Source: Ruminococcus sp. (GTDB lineage Bacteria > Bacillota > Clostridia > Oscillospirales > Ruminococcaceae). From it: a DNA stretch of 64,000 bases. A program made the position numbers and the translations under genes. Of the stretch, positions 46,749 to 55,586 are shown one piece after another; position 1 is the stretch's first letter, and each line of letters opens with the position of its first letter. The stretch is from the NCBI GenBank assembly GCA_015066705.1, contig SVNV01000007.1, positions 7,573-71,572 on the forward strand. Direction: 5' to 3'. A model generated the notes under the pieces. It did not search any database. It saw only the letters and a program-made list of their open reading frames with translations, and had not been told where the DNA came from.

Positions 46749-47984
46749 GTGAGGATTTTGAGTATTAAAACTGATGAGGAAATCATTCTTGATGAGGAAC
46801 TTACCCTTGAAGATGAGGAAATGAACGATGAGAGTATTCCGGATTATATTCTGGATATTGCAAAATCCTCGTCCTATCAGAATCAGACTGTTGAATATTA
46901 TAAGGATTATAGCGACTGGCGTCTTAAAAAGAATAATAAATATGCCTATACTTATGTAAAGGACGTAAGAGAAAAAACCTATGTAGATGGTAAGGGATTT
47001 GTTTCTGACGGACCTGACAAGGCGGAAAAAATCGCACTTTCAAATTGCTTTAAGCTTGTTTCCTGTTTGCTTATTATTCCTCAGATTTTCACATTTTTAG
47101 AAGATTATATCATAAGTAAAGCTCTGGGCTATGATTTTAAAAATCTCTATTATGTCGGTAGTACATCTTATATAATCAATTATAGCTTTTCATCTGTTGC
47201 TTTGTCCTGTATTATGCATATCATTAAGATGGTTGTGCCGATTGTTCTTTTCTTTGTGATAACTAAAATTCCTAAATCTGTTGTATTGCCTAAGGCTAAA
47301 ACCAGCGACTACGAGCTTTCGATTTCCGCTATTGCCTTTATTCTTATGGGAACTATTATCGGAAAAAGCATTAATCTTCTCCTAGGACAAGCATTCTCTT
47401 TTGTCGGAATAGGCGTTACTGATTTTGTACTTGTTGATTTTTCAGATGTAAAGTCTGTTTTGGTGTATGCTTTTTGCGAGTATATTATAATGTCTATACT
47501 TGTTGAAGTGCTTTTCAGAGGAATTATACTTCAGCTTTTCAGACAGTTTGGAGATATGTTTGCACTTCTTGTTTCCTGTATAACAAATGTGCTTTTCTTT
47601 AATGATGTTACTTTGATTGGTTATCTGACCCTCACAACTGTAATTATCGGTCTTTTTACACTCAGAAGTGGCTCTATTTATACAGCTATTGCGATGAGAA
47701 TTTCTGCAAGACTTGTTGTAATGGTTATATCAATTTGCAGATTTTATATTGGTGAAGATATTGCTCTATGGGTTGAAATTATTGTTTCGATAGTAATTAT
47801 TTCCTTTGCACTTGTAGTTTATAGCCGTATGATTAGCAAAAAACTCTGCGATTTTAATGTTACAGATTCCTATACTCACCTTTCTACAAAGACTAAATTC
47901 GTTGTTATGTTTTCTACAACAACAGTTATAGTGTGGCTTGTTCTGACACTTGTGCTTATGATTTTCAGTGTGAGGTTTGTATAA
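46749..47984 (+). CDS. CPBP-family intramembrane glutamic endopeptidase-like membrane protein
   Basis: Acidic N-terminal region followed by multiple TM helices. VEVLFRGIILQ resembles the CPBP EExxxR motif. The start is uncertain: GTG 46749 or TTG 46758. Confidence 0.6.
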   Translation: MRILSIKTDEEIILDEELTLEDEEMNDESIPDYILDIAKSSSYQNQTVEYYKDYSDWRLKKNNKYAYTYVKDVREKTYVDGKGFVSDGPDKAEKIALSNCFKLVSCLLIIPQIFTFLEDYIISKALGYDFKNLYYVGSTSYIINYSFSSVALSCIMHIIKMVVPIVLFFVITKIPKSVVLPKAKTSDYELSISAIAFILMGTIIGKSINLLLGQAFSFVGIGVTDFVLVDFSDVKSVLVYAFCEYIIMSILVEVLFRGIILQLFRQFGDMFALLVSCITNVLFFNDVTLIGYLTLTTVIIGLFTLRSGSIYTAIAMRISARLVVMVISICRFYIGEDIALWVEIIVSIVIISFALVVYSRMISKKLCDFNVTDSYTHLSTKTKFVVMFSTTTVIVWLVLTLVLMIFSVRFV

Positions 47985-48455
47985 ATGAATGAGTATATGA
48001 AATATGCACTTTCACTTGCTGAAAAAGCCGCAGAAATCGGAGAAGTACCTGTGGGTGCTGTCGTTGTGAAACGCTCAACAGGTGAAATTGTTGGGGAAGG
48101 CTATAATAAACGTGAAACCGAAAAATCCCCGCTTGCCCACGCTGAGATTGAAGCTATCTATAATGCTTCTCAGAAACTTGGTGGATGGCGTCTTGTGGAC
48201 TGCGACTTGTATGTTACTCTTGAACCTTGCCCGATGTGTAGTGGCGCAATTATAAATTCAAGGGTTGAAAGAGTTTTCTTCGGAGCTTATGATAAAAAAT
48301 CAGGTGCGTGTGGCTCCGTTACAAACCTGTTTGAACTTCCTTTCAATCATTTTCCTGAAATTACCGGGGGAGTAATGGAAGAGGAATGTAGTGGAATTCT
48401 GTCAGAGTTTTTCAAAAAACTCCGTGAAAATCCAAAGAAAAAATGTAATAAATAA
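47985..48455 (+). CDS. tadA: tRNA adenosine(34) deaminase
   Basis: HAEIEAI and PCPMCSGA zinc-binding motifs. Confidence 0.92.
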   Translation: MNEYMKYALSLAEKAAEIGEVPVGAVVVKRSTGEIVGEGYNKRETEKSPLAHAEIEAIYNASQKLGGWRLVDCDLYVTLEPCPMCSGAIINSRVERVFFGAYDKKSGACGSVTNLFELPFNHFPEITGGVMEEECSGILSEFFKKLRENPKKKCNK

Positions 48456-48467
48456 ATCCCTTTTCAT

Positions 48468-48710
48468 TAAGGTGAGTGGGCATAAAGAAGTATTATACGG
48501 ACTTATTGAGGAAAACCCTTTTGAAAAAGGGTTATTCCTCAAACTCCTTTCCTAAAACTTCAGTATTTAAAATAACTATCCCCCGCACAGCGAGGGATAG
48601 TTATTTTAATATTAAAGTCTTTGGAAGGGGGTTCGGGGGACAACCTTTCTTCAGAAAGGTTTCGCCCCGATAAATTCATATAATATACTTCTATATAACT
48701 ACCTACCTTA
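48468..48710 (+). mobile_element. MITE-like structured repeat, copy 2 (243 bp including flanking TA), inserted in the loop of the tadA terminator
   Basis: Reverse-complement match to 12035-12339, minus a 64-nt internal module. The flanks aaatcccttttca / tcggaaagggatt form a split hairpin followed by TTTTTT. Same AGGTGAGTGG... / ...CCTACCT ends with TA on both sides. Confidence 0.7.
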
Positions 48711-48765
48711 TCGGAAAGGGATTAAATTTTTTACGTTTTCTTATTGATAAAATTTGCAAAACCTC

Positions 48766-48794
48766 TTGAAATTCAAAGGGGATTGTGGTATAAT
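48766..48794 (+). promoter_or_regulatory. Promoter of the SRP RNA gene
   Basis: TTGAAA (48766-48771), 17 nt, TGgTATAAT (hexamer 48789-48794). Confidence 0.65.
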
Positions 48795-48800
48795 TATATA

Positions 48801-48966
48801 GTGGCTTGTGCCGGATAGGATTTTAATGTCAATCCGAGATATAGGTGTGCGGGTCCTGTGCAATGAAACGCTGTGAACCATGTCAGGCGGGGAACCGAGC
48901 AGCATTAAGCAGTTTGTTTTGTGTGACGCAGTTTCGCCTGCATACCTGTATGTCGGATTGAATTTT
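48801..48966 (+). ncRNA. ffs: Signal recognition particle RNA (4.5S/scRNA); boundaries approximate
   Basis: gggtcctgtgcaatg...tgaaccatgtcaggcggggaaccgagcagcattaag closely matches the domain IV region remembered from Bacillus subtilis scRNA (GGGTCCTGCGCAATG...TGAACCATGTCAGGTCCGGAAGGAAGCAGCATTAAG). A long closing helix (tccgagatataggtgtgcg / cgcctgcatacctgtatgtcgga) is followed by a T-run. The gene occupies the canonical position upstream of dnaX-ybaB-recR. Confidence 0.88.
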
Positions 48967-48982
48967 TTAAGGAGGTAATTTT

Positions 48983-50593
48983 ATGTATCAGGCTTTGTAT
49001 CGTAAGTGGCGACCTATGACCTTTGACGATGTTGTGGGACAGCCTCATATTACCTCTACACTTAAAAATCAGATTAAGAATAATAAGGTTGCACACGCTT
49101 ATCTCTTTACTGGTTCAAGAGGAACAGGTAAGACAACCTGTGCAAGAATTTTTGCAAAGACAATAAACTGCCTTAACCCTAAGGACGGCTCACCTTGTCT
49201 TGAGTGTGAAATCTGTAAGGCTGCCGATAAAGGCGTTCTTAACGATATTATTGAAATTGACGCTGCTTCAAATACAGGCGTTGACGATATCAGAGAAATC
49301 CGTGATTCTGCAGCATTTCTTCCTGAAATCTGTAAGTATAAGGTTTATATCATTGACGAAGTTCATATGATTACCCCTAACGCTTTTAACGCTTTTCTTA
49401 AGATTCTTGAAGAACCACCTGCACACGTTAAATTTATTTTTGCAACAACTGAGGACCATAAGGTGCTCCCGACAATTACATCACGTTGTCAGGGCTTTAA
49501 GTTCAATAGAATCCAGACCAACGATATCGTAAAAAGACTTGAATATATCGCTTCTCAGGAGAATATCAGACTTGATTCCAATGCTGCTGCACTTGTGGCT
49601 AAGCTGTCTGACGGCGGAATGAGAGATGCACTTTCGCTTCTCGACCAGTGTGCCGCATTTTCAGGGGATATTGATGTTGAAACTGTTTCTGCTGCTGCGG
49701 GAATTGCAAACAGAGATTACCTTTTTGAGCTTCTGGAATGTGTCAGGGATAATAACCCGACGGAAGCTATTACTATTGTTGATAAGCTTTATGAAATGTC
49801 AAAGGATATGCAACAGCTTTGTGTGGAGCTTCTGACACTTATAAGAGATATGATGCTTGTAAAGGCTGTGACCGGTAAGGACGAGCTTCTTTCCTGCCTG
49901 CCTGATGAAGCTTCAAGACTGAGAGAAATTTCCGATAAGATGGATTTGGGAACTATTCTTTCAAAGCTTGATATCATTAAGGAATGTAACGAAAGACTTC
50001 CGAGAGCTAATTCAAAACGTGTTGAAATCGAAATGTGTATCGTTAAGCTTTGTAGCGATATCAGTAGATTTTCTGCACCATCAAAATCGGCTTCTGTTGA
50101 TAATGAAACGGTAAAACGTCTTGAAAACCGTATCTATAGGCTTGAAGAAATGCTCGCTAACGGCGTTTCTGTAAAGACAAAAGCTACTGTCGATGAACCT
50201 CTTGTTCCAAACCAGCAGGCACCTGTTGCGGAGCCGGTTGTGGATACTTCAAAAATTAAACAGGAACAGCTTCAACCGGTTACCGATTGGAGCGAAATTG
50301 TGGATAGAGTAATGGCTTCAAACCCTCAGGTGGGAGGATTTCTTGCAAAATCCACAGCATTCGAGTATGAGAATGTGTTCTTTATTATCGTTGATAATGA
50401 CTTTTTCCTGAAACTCTTCAAGGAGTCTGATTCGGCAAGAATTATTCAGGAGGAGCTTAAGAATTATAACGGAAAGACTTACGCTATCAGAGTTAAATCT
50501 GCTAAGAATGTGTCACCTGAGGATAGTGAAAATCCTATAAATAAGCTGATGCAGAGAGCAAAAGATGCTGATATCGTGGTTGATATACATTAA
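48983..50593 (+). CDS. dnaX: DNA polymerase III subunits gamma/tau
   Basis: Motifs YRKWRP, GSRGTGKTTCARIFAK, DEVHM and SRCQ. Confidence 0.95.
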   Translation: MYQALYRKWRPMTFDDVVGQPHITSTLKNQIKNNKVAHAYLFTGSRGTGKTTCARIFAKTINCLNPKDGSPCLECEICKAADKGVLNDIIEIDAASNTGVDDIREIRDSAAFLPEICKYKVYIIDEVHMITPNAFNAFLKILEEPPAHVKFIFATTEDHKVLPTITSRCQGFKFNRIQTNDIVKRLEYIASQENIRLDSNAAALVAKLSDGGMRDALSLLDQCAAFSGDIDVETVSAAAGIANRDYLFELLECVRDNNPTEAITIVDKLYEMSKDMQQLCVELLTLIRDMMLVKAVTGKDELLSCLPDEASRLREISDKMDLGTILSKLDIIKECNERLPRANSKRVEIEMCIVKLCSDISRFSAPSKSASVDNETVKRLENRIYRLEEMLANGVSVKTKATVDEPLVPNQQAPVAEPVVDTSKIKQEQLQPVTDWSEIVDRVMASNPQVGGFLAKSTAFEYENVFFIIVDNDFFLKLFKESDSARIIQEELKNYNGKTYAIRVKSAKNVSPEDSENPINKLMQRAKDADIVVDIH

Positions 50594-50620
50594 GGAAATT
50601 AAATTTAAGGAGATTTTATT

Positions 50621-50968
50621 ATGAAAGCAAGATTACCGGCAGGTATGGGAAAAGGCCCATCAAACATGAATCAGATGATTAAGCAGGCACAGAAGATGCA
50701 GGAGGATATCGCTGCTGTTCAGTCTGACCTCGAACAGAGAGAATTTACTGCTTCTGTTGGTGGAGGAGCTGTTGAAATTACAATCAACGGAAAGAGAAAC
50801 GTTCTTGACCTTAAAATCAAGCCTGAGGTTGTTGACCCGGAGGATGTTGAAATGCTTCAGGACCTCATTATGAGCGCATTCAATGAAGCTGTTAAGAACC
50901 TTGACGAAACAAGCGAAGCTGAAATGTCAAAGGTTACAGGTGGGGTTTCATTCCCCGGACTTTTCTAA
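50621..50968 (+). CDS. ybaB: Nucleoid-associated protein YbaB/EbfC
   Basis: About 115 aa. NMNQMIKQAQKMQEDI... and GGGAVEITING signature, located between dnaX and recR. Confidence 0.9.
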   Translation: MKARLPAGMGKGPSNMNQMIKQAQKMQEDIAAVQSDLEQREFTASVGGGAVEITINGKRNVLDLKIKPEVVDPEDVEMLQDLIMSAFNEAVKNLDETSEAEMSKVTGGVSFPGLF

Positions 50969-50971
50969 GCT

Positions 50972-51574
50972 ATGGCTGAGTCAAATGCATTGCCACTTGT
51001 GGAGCTTGCGGAGCATTTTGCCAAGCTTCCGGGAATTGGTATGAAGACAGCACAGCGACTTGCATATTTTGTAATGTCAATGACAGAAGCTGACGCAAAG
51101 GCTTTTGCTGAGGCGATTGTCAAAGCACATACAACTGTGCATTGCTGTAAAATATGTCAGAACCTTACAGATAAAGAGCTTTGTCCTATCTGCAATGACG
51201 ATAGACGTGATAGCGAAACTATCTGTGTTGTTGAAAATCCAAAAGATGTTTCTGCCTTTGAAAGAACAAGAGAGTATAAGGGCGTTTATCACGTTCTTCA
51301 CGGACTTATTTCGCCTATTGATAATGTTACTCCCGATAAGCTTCGTATCAAGGAGCTTCTGCAGAGGGTGAATAATTCAGAAGTCAAGGAAGTTATTATG
51401 GCAACCAACCCGACAGTAGAAGGGGAGGCTACCGCAATGTATATTTCCAAGCTTTTGAAGCCTCTTGGAATAAAGGTTACAAGACTTGCCTTTGGTCTGC
51501 CAATCGGTGGAATTTTAGAATATGCCGACGAGGTTACACTCTTTAAGGCACTTGAAAACCGTAACGAAATATAA
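50972..51574 (+). CDS. recR: Recombination protein RecR
   Basis: HhH region (LPGIGMKTAQRLA), C4 zinc finger (CCKICQNLTDKELCPIC) and Toprim region (ICVVE...ATNPTVEGEATA). Confidence 0.95.
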   Translation: MAESNALPLVELAEHFAKLPGIGMKTAQRLAYFVMSMTEADAKAFAEAIVKAHTTVHCCKICQNLTDKELCPICNDDRRDSETICVVENPKDVSAFERTREYKGVYHVLHGLISPIDNVTPDKLRIKELLQRVNNSEVKEVIMATNPTVEGEATAMYISKLLKPLGIKVTRLAFGLPIGGILEYADEVTLFKALENRNEI

Positions 51575-51575
51575 T

Positions 51576-51611
51576 AAAAAAGACTATCCTTTTCGGGGTA
51601 GTCTTTTTTTT
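51576..51611 (+). terminator. Rho-independent terminator after recR
   Basis: agactatcc-ttttcg-gggtagtct hairpin followed by TTTTTTT. Confidence 0.85.
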
Positions 51612-51642
51612 ACAAACAAAAAGCACGACATAAGTCGTGCTT
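51612..51642 (-). terminator. Rho-independent terminator after the SPFH gene
   Basis: aagcacgac-ataa-gtcgtgctt. The minus strand continues TTTTGTTTG. Confidence 0.8.
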
Positions 51643-51658
51643 TGATTGTGAATTTAAA

Positions 51659-52624
51659 TTACTTAGTTTCCTCTGTGAGTGTCTTAAGGCTTGTAGCAAG
51701 TCCTGCAAGTCCCTGAATTTCACTTGGAATGATAATCTTTGTAGCCTTACCGTCAGCAGCAGCCTGGAATGCTTCAAGACTCTTGAGCGCAATAACGTTC
51801 TGGTTTGGATTAGCTTCGTTGAGCTTTACGATGCTGTCAGCAAGTGCAGTCTGAACAAGTGTGATAGCTTCAGATTCACCCTTAGCCTCACGGATTTTCT
51901 GTTCTCTGACAGCGTCAGCTCTGAGAATCATAGCTTCACGTTCAGCTTCAGCACGGAGAATTTCTGCAGCCTTGTCAGCTTCAGCCTTGAGGATTTTAGA
52001 TTCCTTTTCACCTTCAGCAACAAGAACCTGTGACTTCTTTTCAGCTTCAGCCTGAATAACCTTTTCTCTTCTTTCACGGTCAGCCTTCATCTGCTTTTCC
52101 ATAGAATCCTGAATTTCACGTGGTGGAATGATGTTTTTGAGCTCTACTCTCTGAACCTTGATTCCCCAACGGTCAGTTGCTTCGTCAAGAATAGCAGTAA
52201 TCTTTGTGTTAATGAAATCTCTTGAAGTAAGTGTTGCTTCAAGCTCGAGGTCACCAATGATGTTACGGAGTGTTGTAGCTGTAAGGTTTTCAATAGCTGA
52301 AAGCGGTCTTTCAACACCGTATGCAAACTGCTTAGCGTCAGTAATCTGGAAGAATACTACAGTGTCAATCTGCATTGTAACGTTGTCCTTTGTGATAACC
52401 GGCTGTGGCTTGAAGTCAACAACCTGTTCCTTGATTGAAACCTTCTTTGCAATAGAGTCAATGAAAGGCATCTTGAAGTGAAGACCTGTGCCCCATGCAG
52501 CGTTGAATGCACCAAGACGTTCAACAACGTAAACGTAAGCCTGTGGTACTACCTTGATACAGCTGATGATAACGATAATAAGAAAAATCAATATACCAAT
52601 AACAACATATCCTACTGGTCCCAT
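51659..52624 (-). CDS. SPFH/band-7 (stomatin-like) membrane protein
   Basis: N-terminal TM, an SPFH core (VERLGAF...TKDNV...RVELKNI) and an Ala/Glu-rich coiled-coil tail. Confidence 0.88.
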   Translation of the reverse strand: MGPVGYVVIGILIFLIIVIISCIKVVPQAYVYVVERLGAFNAAWGTGLHFKMPFIDSIAKKVSIKEQVVDFKPQPVITKDNVTMQIDTVVFFQITDAKQFAYGVERPLSAIENLTATTLRNIIGDLELEATLTSRDFINTKITAILDEATDRWGIKVQRVELKNIIPPREIQDSMEKQMKADRERREKVIQAEAEKKSQVLVAEGEKESKILKAEADKAAEILRAEAEREAMILRADAVREQKIREAKGESEAITLVQTALADSIVKLNEANPNQNVIALKSLEAFQAAADGKATKIIIPSEIQGLAGLATSLKTLTEETK

Positions 52625-52688
52625 AATTTATTTACCTCCAAAAAATGATAGTTTTATTATAAGCTTATTTTAAAGCTTGTAACCGTTT

Positions 52689-53120
52689 TTAGTCCTTGTC
52701 GTTGTCAACTATGAGCTTAGCTCCGTCAATTTCCTTTACGATAACAATAGTTCCCTCAGGAATTATTTCATCGTCAACAGTTCTTGCAGCCCAGAATACA
52801 CCATTAAGGTTAACTCTGCCTTTTCCTGCCTTGTTGTTGATTTCTTCAGTAACAGTTGCAGTTTTTCCGATGTCCAGCTCTGAATTGGTTGGCTTTACTT
52901 CCTTGAGAAGCTTCTTTACAATCGGTCTTGTAGCAATAATAAGTATTGTAGAAGCTACAATAAATACTAAAAGCTGTGACCATAAAGGAAGGTCAAAAAT
53001 GCTCATAAACATAGCACCCAGTGAACCCACTGCAAGCCAGATTGAGACAAGGTCAAAGGTTGAAATCTCAACGATTACAAACACTACAAAAAATACAGCC
53101 CACATAATAGATAAAAACAT
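52689..53120 (-). CDS. NfeD-family membrane protein
   Basis: Three TM helices followed by a C-terminal OB-fold-like segment (GKGRVNLNGVFWAAR...G..V.V.EIDG..L.V). Located upstream of the SPFH gene, the classic NfeD-SPFH pairing. Confidence 0.85.
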   Translation of the reverse strand: MFLSIMWAVFFVVFVIVEISTFDLVSIWLAVGSLGAMFMSIFDLPLWSQLLVFIVASTILIIATRPIVKKLLKEVKPTNSELDIGKTATVTEEINNKAGKGRVNLNGVFWAARTVDDEIIPEGTIVIVKEIDGAKLIVDNDKD

Positions 53121-53545
53121 TATATGTATCTCCTTTCAGAAATATATTAGGTTAAAAGCTGTCCGGTACCGAACTTGTTTTTTCCCTGTGATATTATATT
53201 ATCACAGTTTTTTAAAAATTTCAACACCGAAATTTACTAAATTAGCTTCAAAAAACACCAAATTCGACTGATTTTTTAGTTTTTAACCCCCGATTTAACC
53301 AAATCACCCCCAATCGGGCTCTGTTGAGCTCAATTAAATAAACTGACAGCTTCAAAATACTCTGTTTTTCTCTCGAATACTCTCAAATCCTCGTTTTGTG
53401 AATATAATATTAATTAAATTACGGTGTTTTTACCTTAATCATAAAGCTTATGAATACTTGAAATTCAATGGGAAATATGTTATAATAATTATGTATTTAT
53501 ATTTTTGCTTAAAATAAAGTGATATACTATAAAAAGGATTTTTTT

Positions 53546-55570
53546 ATGAGACGCTGGATAATAAATAAGCCTGATGAAAAGGCAGTTATGAATATTGTAA
53601 ATAATACCGACCTTTCTATGCTTTGTGCTGAAATTATGTCCTCACGTGGGGTTAATGATATTGAGACCCTTGGGGAGTTTTTTAATGGCGGTGAGCTTTC
53701 TGACCCTTTTGAAATAAAGGATATGGATAAGGCAGTTAAAGCTATAAATAAGGCTATTGAAAGCTTTGAGCTTATATGTGTTTATGGTGACTATGACTGC
53801 GACGGTGTAACTTCTACTGTTGTTTTGTATAACTACCTTGAATCAATGGGTGCGAACGTAATGTACTATATTCCTGAGCGTGATGATGGCTATGGACTTA
53901 ATAGAGAAGCTGTTAAAATGCTTTCAGAGCAGGGCGTTTCTCTCATTGTAACTGTTGATAACGGCGTTTCTGCAATAGACGAAGCAGAGTATATCTATGA
54001 GCTGGGAATGAAGCTTGTTGTTACCGACCACCACCAGCCGCCTGCAACCCTTCCAAGGGCTGAGGCAGTTGTTGACCCCCATAGAATTGACTGCCCGTCG
54101 CAGTTTAAGAATCTTGCCGGAGTCGGCGTTGCACTTAAGCTTTGTGCCGCTCTTGACGACGGAAACTATGATATGGTGCTTGAACAGTATGCCGACCTTG
54201 TTGCTATCGGAACGGTTGCGGATATTGTAAAATTGGACGGTGAAAACCGTATAATTGTTTCAGCAGGCCTTGAACTTATCAGGAACAGCGAAAATACAGG
54301 ACTTAACTATATCCTCGATAAATGCGGAATTTCAAGAGATAGCATAAACTCTACTTCGATAGCTTTTGGAATCGCACCACGTATTAACGCAGCAGGACGC
54401 TTTGGCTCGCCTATCTGTGCTGTAAAGGCACTTCTTGAGGAGGGTGAGGATAGCGAGGTGCAGGTTGAAAGAATGTTTGAGCTGAATAATCAGCGTAAGG
54501 AAACAGAAAATCAGATTCTTGAAAGTATCATCGCATATATAAATGAAAATCCTCAGGAGCTTAACCAGAGAGTGCTTGTCATTTGTGGAAAAGGCTGGCA
54601 TCACGGCGTTGTTGGTATAGTTTCTGCAAGACTTGTGGAGCTTTTCGGAAAGCCAAACGTTATTCTTTCAGTTGATGAAAAAGGCGAGGTGAGAGGCTCA
54701 GCAAGAAGTATTCCGGGATTTCATATACATAAATGCTTCACTTACTGTGAGGACCTTCTTATTAAATATGGTGGCCACGAGTGTGCAGGTGGACTTTCAC
54801 TTGAAGAAAAGAATATCCCTGAATTTTGTAGACGTGTCCAGCAGTATGCGGCAATGAATAATCCGTCAATGCCGCCACTTTCCATTAGTGCTGATAAGGT
54901 GCTGAGGGGCAGGGATATGAATGTGAGAGCTATCGAGTCCCTTGACCTGCTTGAACCATTCGGTGAGGGAAATCCACGCCCTGTCTTTGCAATTTTAGGA
55001 GCAAGACTTTCAAAGATTATGCCTCTTTCAAAGGGTAAACATTCAAGACTTGAGCTTGAATATGACGGAGTCAGGTTTTCTGCACTTCTTTTCGGTACAT
55101 CACCTGAAGACGTAATGGTAAGAACAGGTGAAAACTGTGATATGCTTGTTACAGCTGAAATAAATAATTATAATAATCAGAAAACTGTTTCTGTTAAGAT
55201 TGTTGATTACAGACTTTCAGGAACAAAACAAGAACCTTATTTTGCTGCAAAGAATTGCTATGAAAGCTTTATGCTGGGCGAAAAAATTCCTGACAGTTTT
55301 GTTAGTAAAATAGTGCCTTCAAGAGAAGAACTTGTTTCACTCTATAAAATTCTTTCCCGGTATGTAAACACCACCTACGATAATCTTTTTATGCGTGTCG
55401 GAAATACTATGAATTACTGTAAGATGCGACTTTGTATTGATATATTTGATGAAATAGGACTTGTTTTGAATAATCCTGTTTCAAAGACCGTGTCTGTTGA
55501 AAAGGTAACGGAAAGAAAGGATATTAATGATTCTGAGCTTTTTATAAGACTTCAGAATATGCAGAAATAA
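53546..55570 (+). CDS. recJ: Single-stranded-DNA-specific exonuclease RecJ
   Basis: Track ORF 53519..55570; the ATG at 53546 is preferred. DHH motifs (YGDYDCDGVTS, VTDHHQP) and DHHA1 motif (GGHECAGG). Confidence 0.92.
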   Translation: MRRWIINKPDEKAVMNIVNNTDLSMLCAEIMSSRGVNDIETLGEFFNGGELSDPFEIKDMDKAVKAINKAIESFELICVYGDYDCDGVTSTVVLYNYLESMGANVMYYIPERDDGYGLNREAVKMLSEQGVSLIVTVDNGVSAIDEAEYIYELGMKLVVTDHHQPPATLPRAEAVVDPHRIDCPSQFKNLAGVGVALKLCAALDDGNYDMVLEQYADLVAIGTVADIVKLDGENRIIVSAGLELIRNSENTGLNYILDKCGISRDSINSTSIAFGIAPRINAAGRFGSPICAVKALLEEGEDSEVQVERMFELNNQRKETENQILESIIAYINENPQELNQRVLVICGKGWHHGVVGIVSARLVELFGKPNVILSVDEKGEVRGSARSIPGFHIHKCFTYCEDLLIKYGGHECAGGLSLEEKNIPEFCRRVQQYAAMNNPSMPPLSISADKVLRGRDMNVRAIESLDLLEPFGEGNPRPVFAILGARLSKIMPLSKGKHSRLELEYDGVRFSALLFGTSPEDVMVRTGENCDMLVTAEINNYNNQKTVSVKIVDYRLSGTKQEPYFAAKNCYESFMLGEKIPDSFVSKIVPSREELVSLYKILSRYVNTTYDNLFMRVGNTMNYCKMRLCIDIFDEIGLVLNNPVSKTVSVEKVTERKDINDSELFIRLQNMQK

Positions 55571-55586
55571 TAAAGGAGCAAGCGTT

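Noticed and set aside
48983-50593. Programmed -1 frameshift site in dnaX (A AAA AAG type), as in E. coli.
   Set aside because: I found no A-AAA-AAG slippery heptamer with a downstream hairpin in the appropriate middle region of the gene. A single tau-length ORF is assumed.
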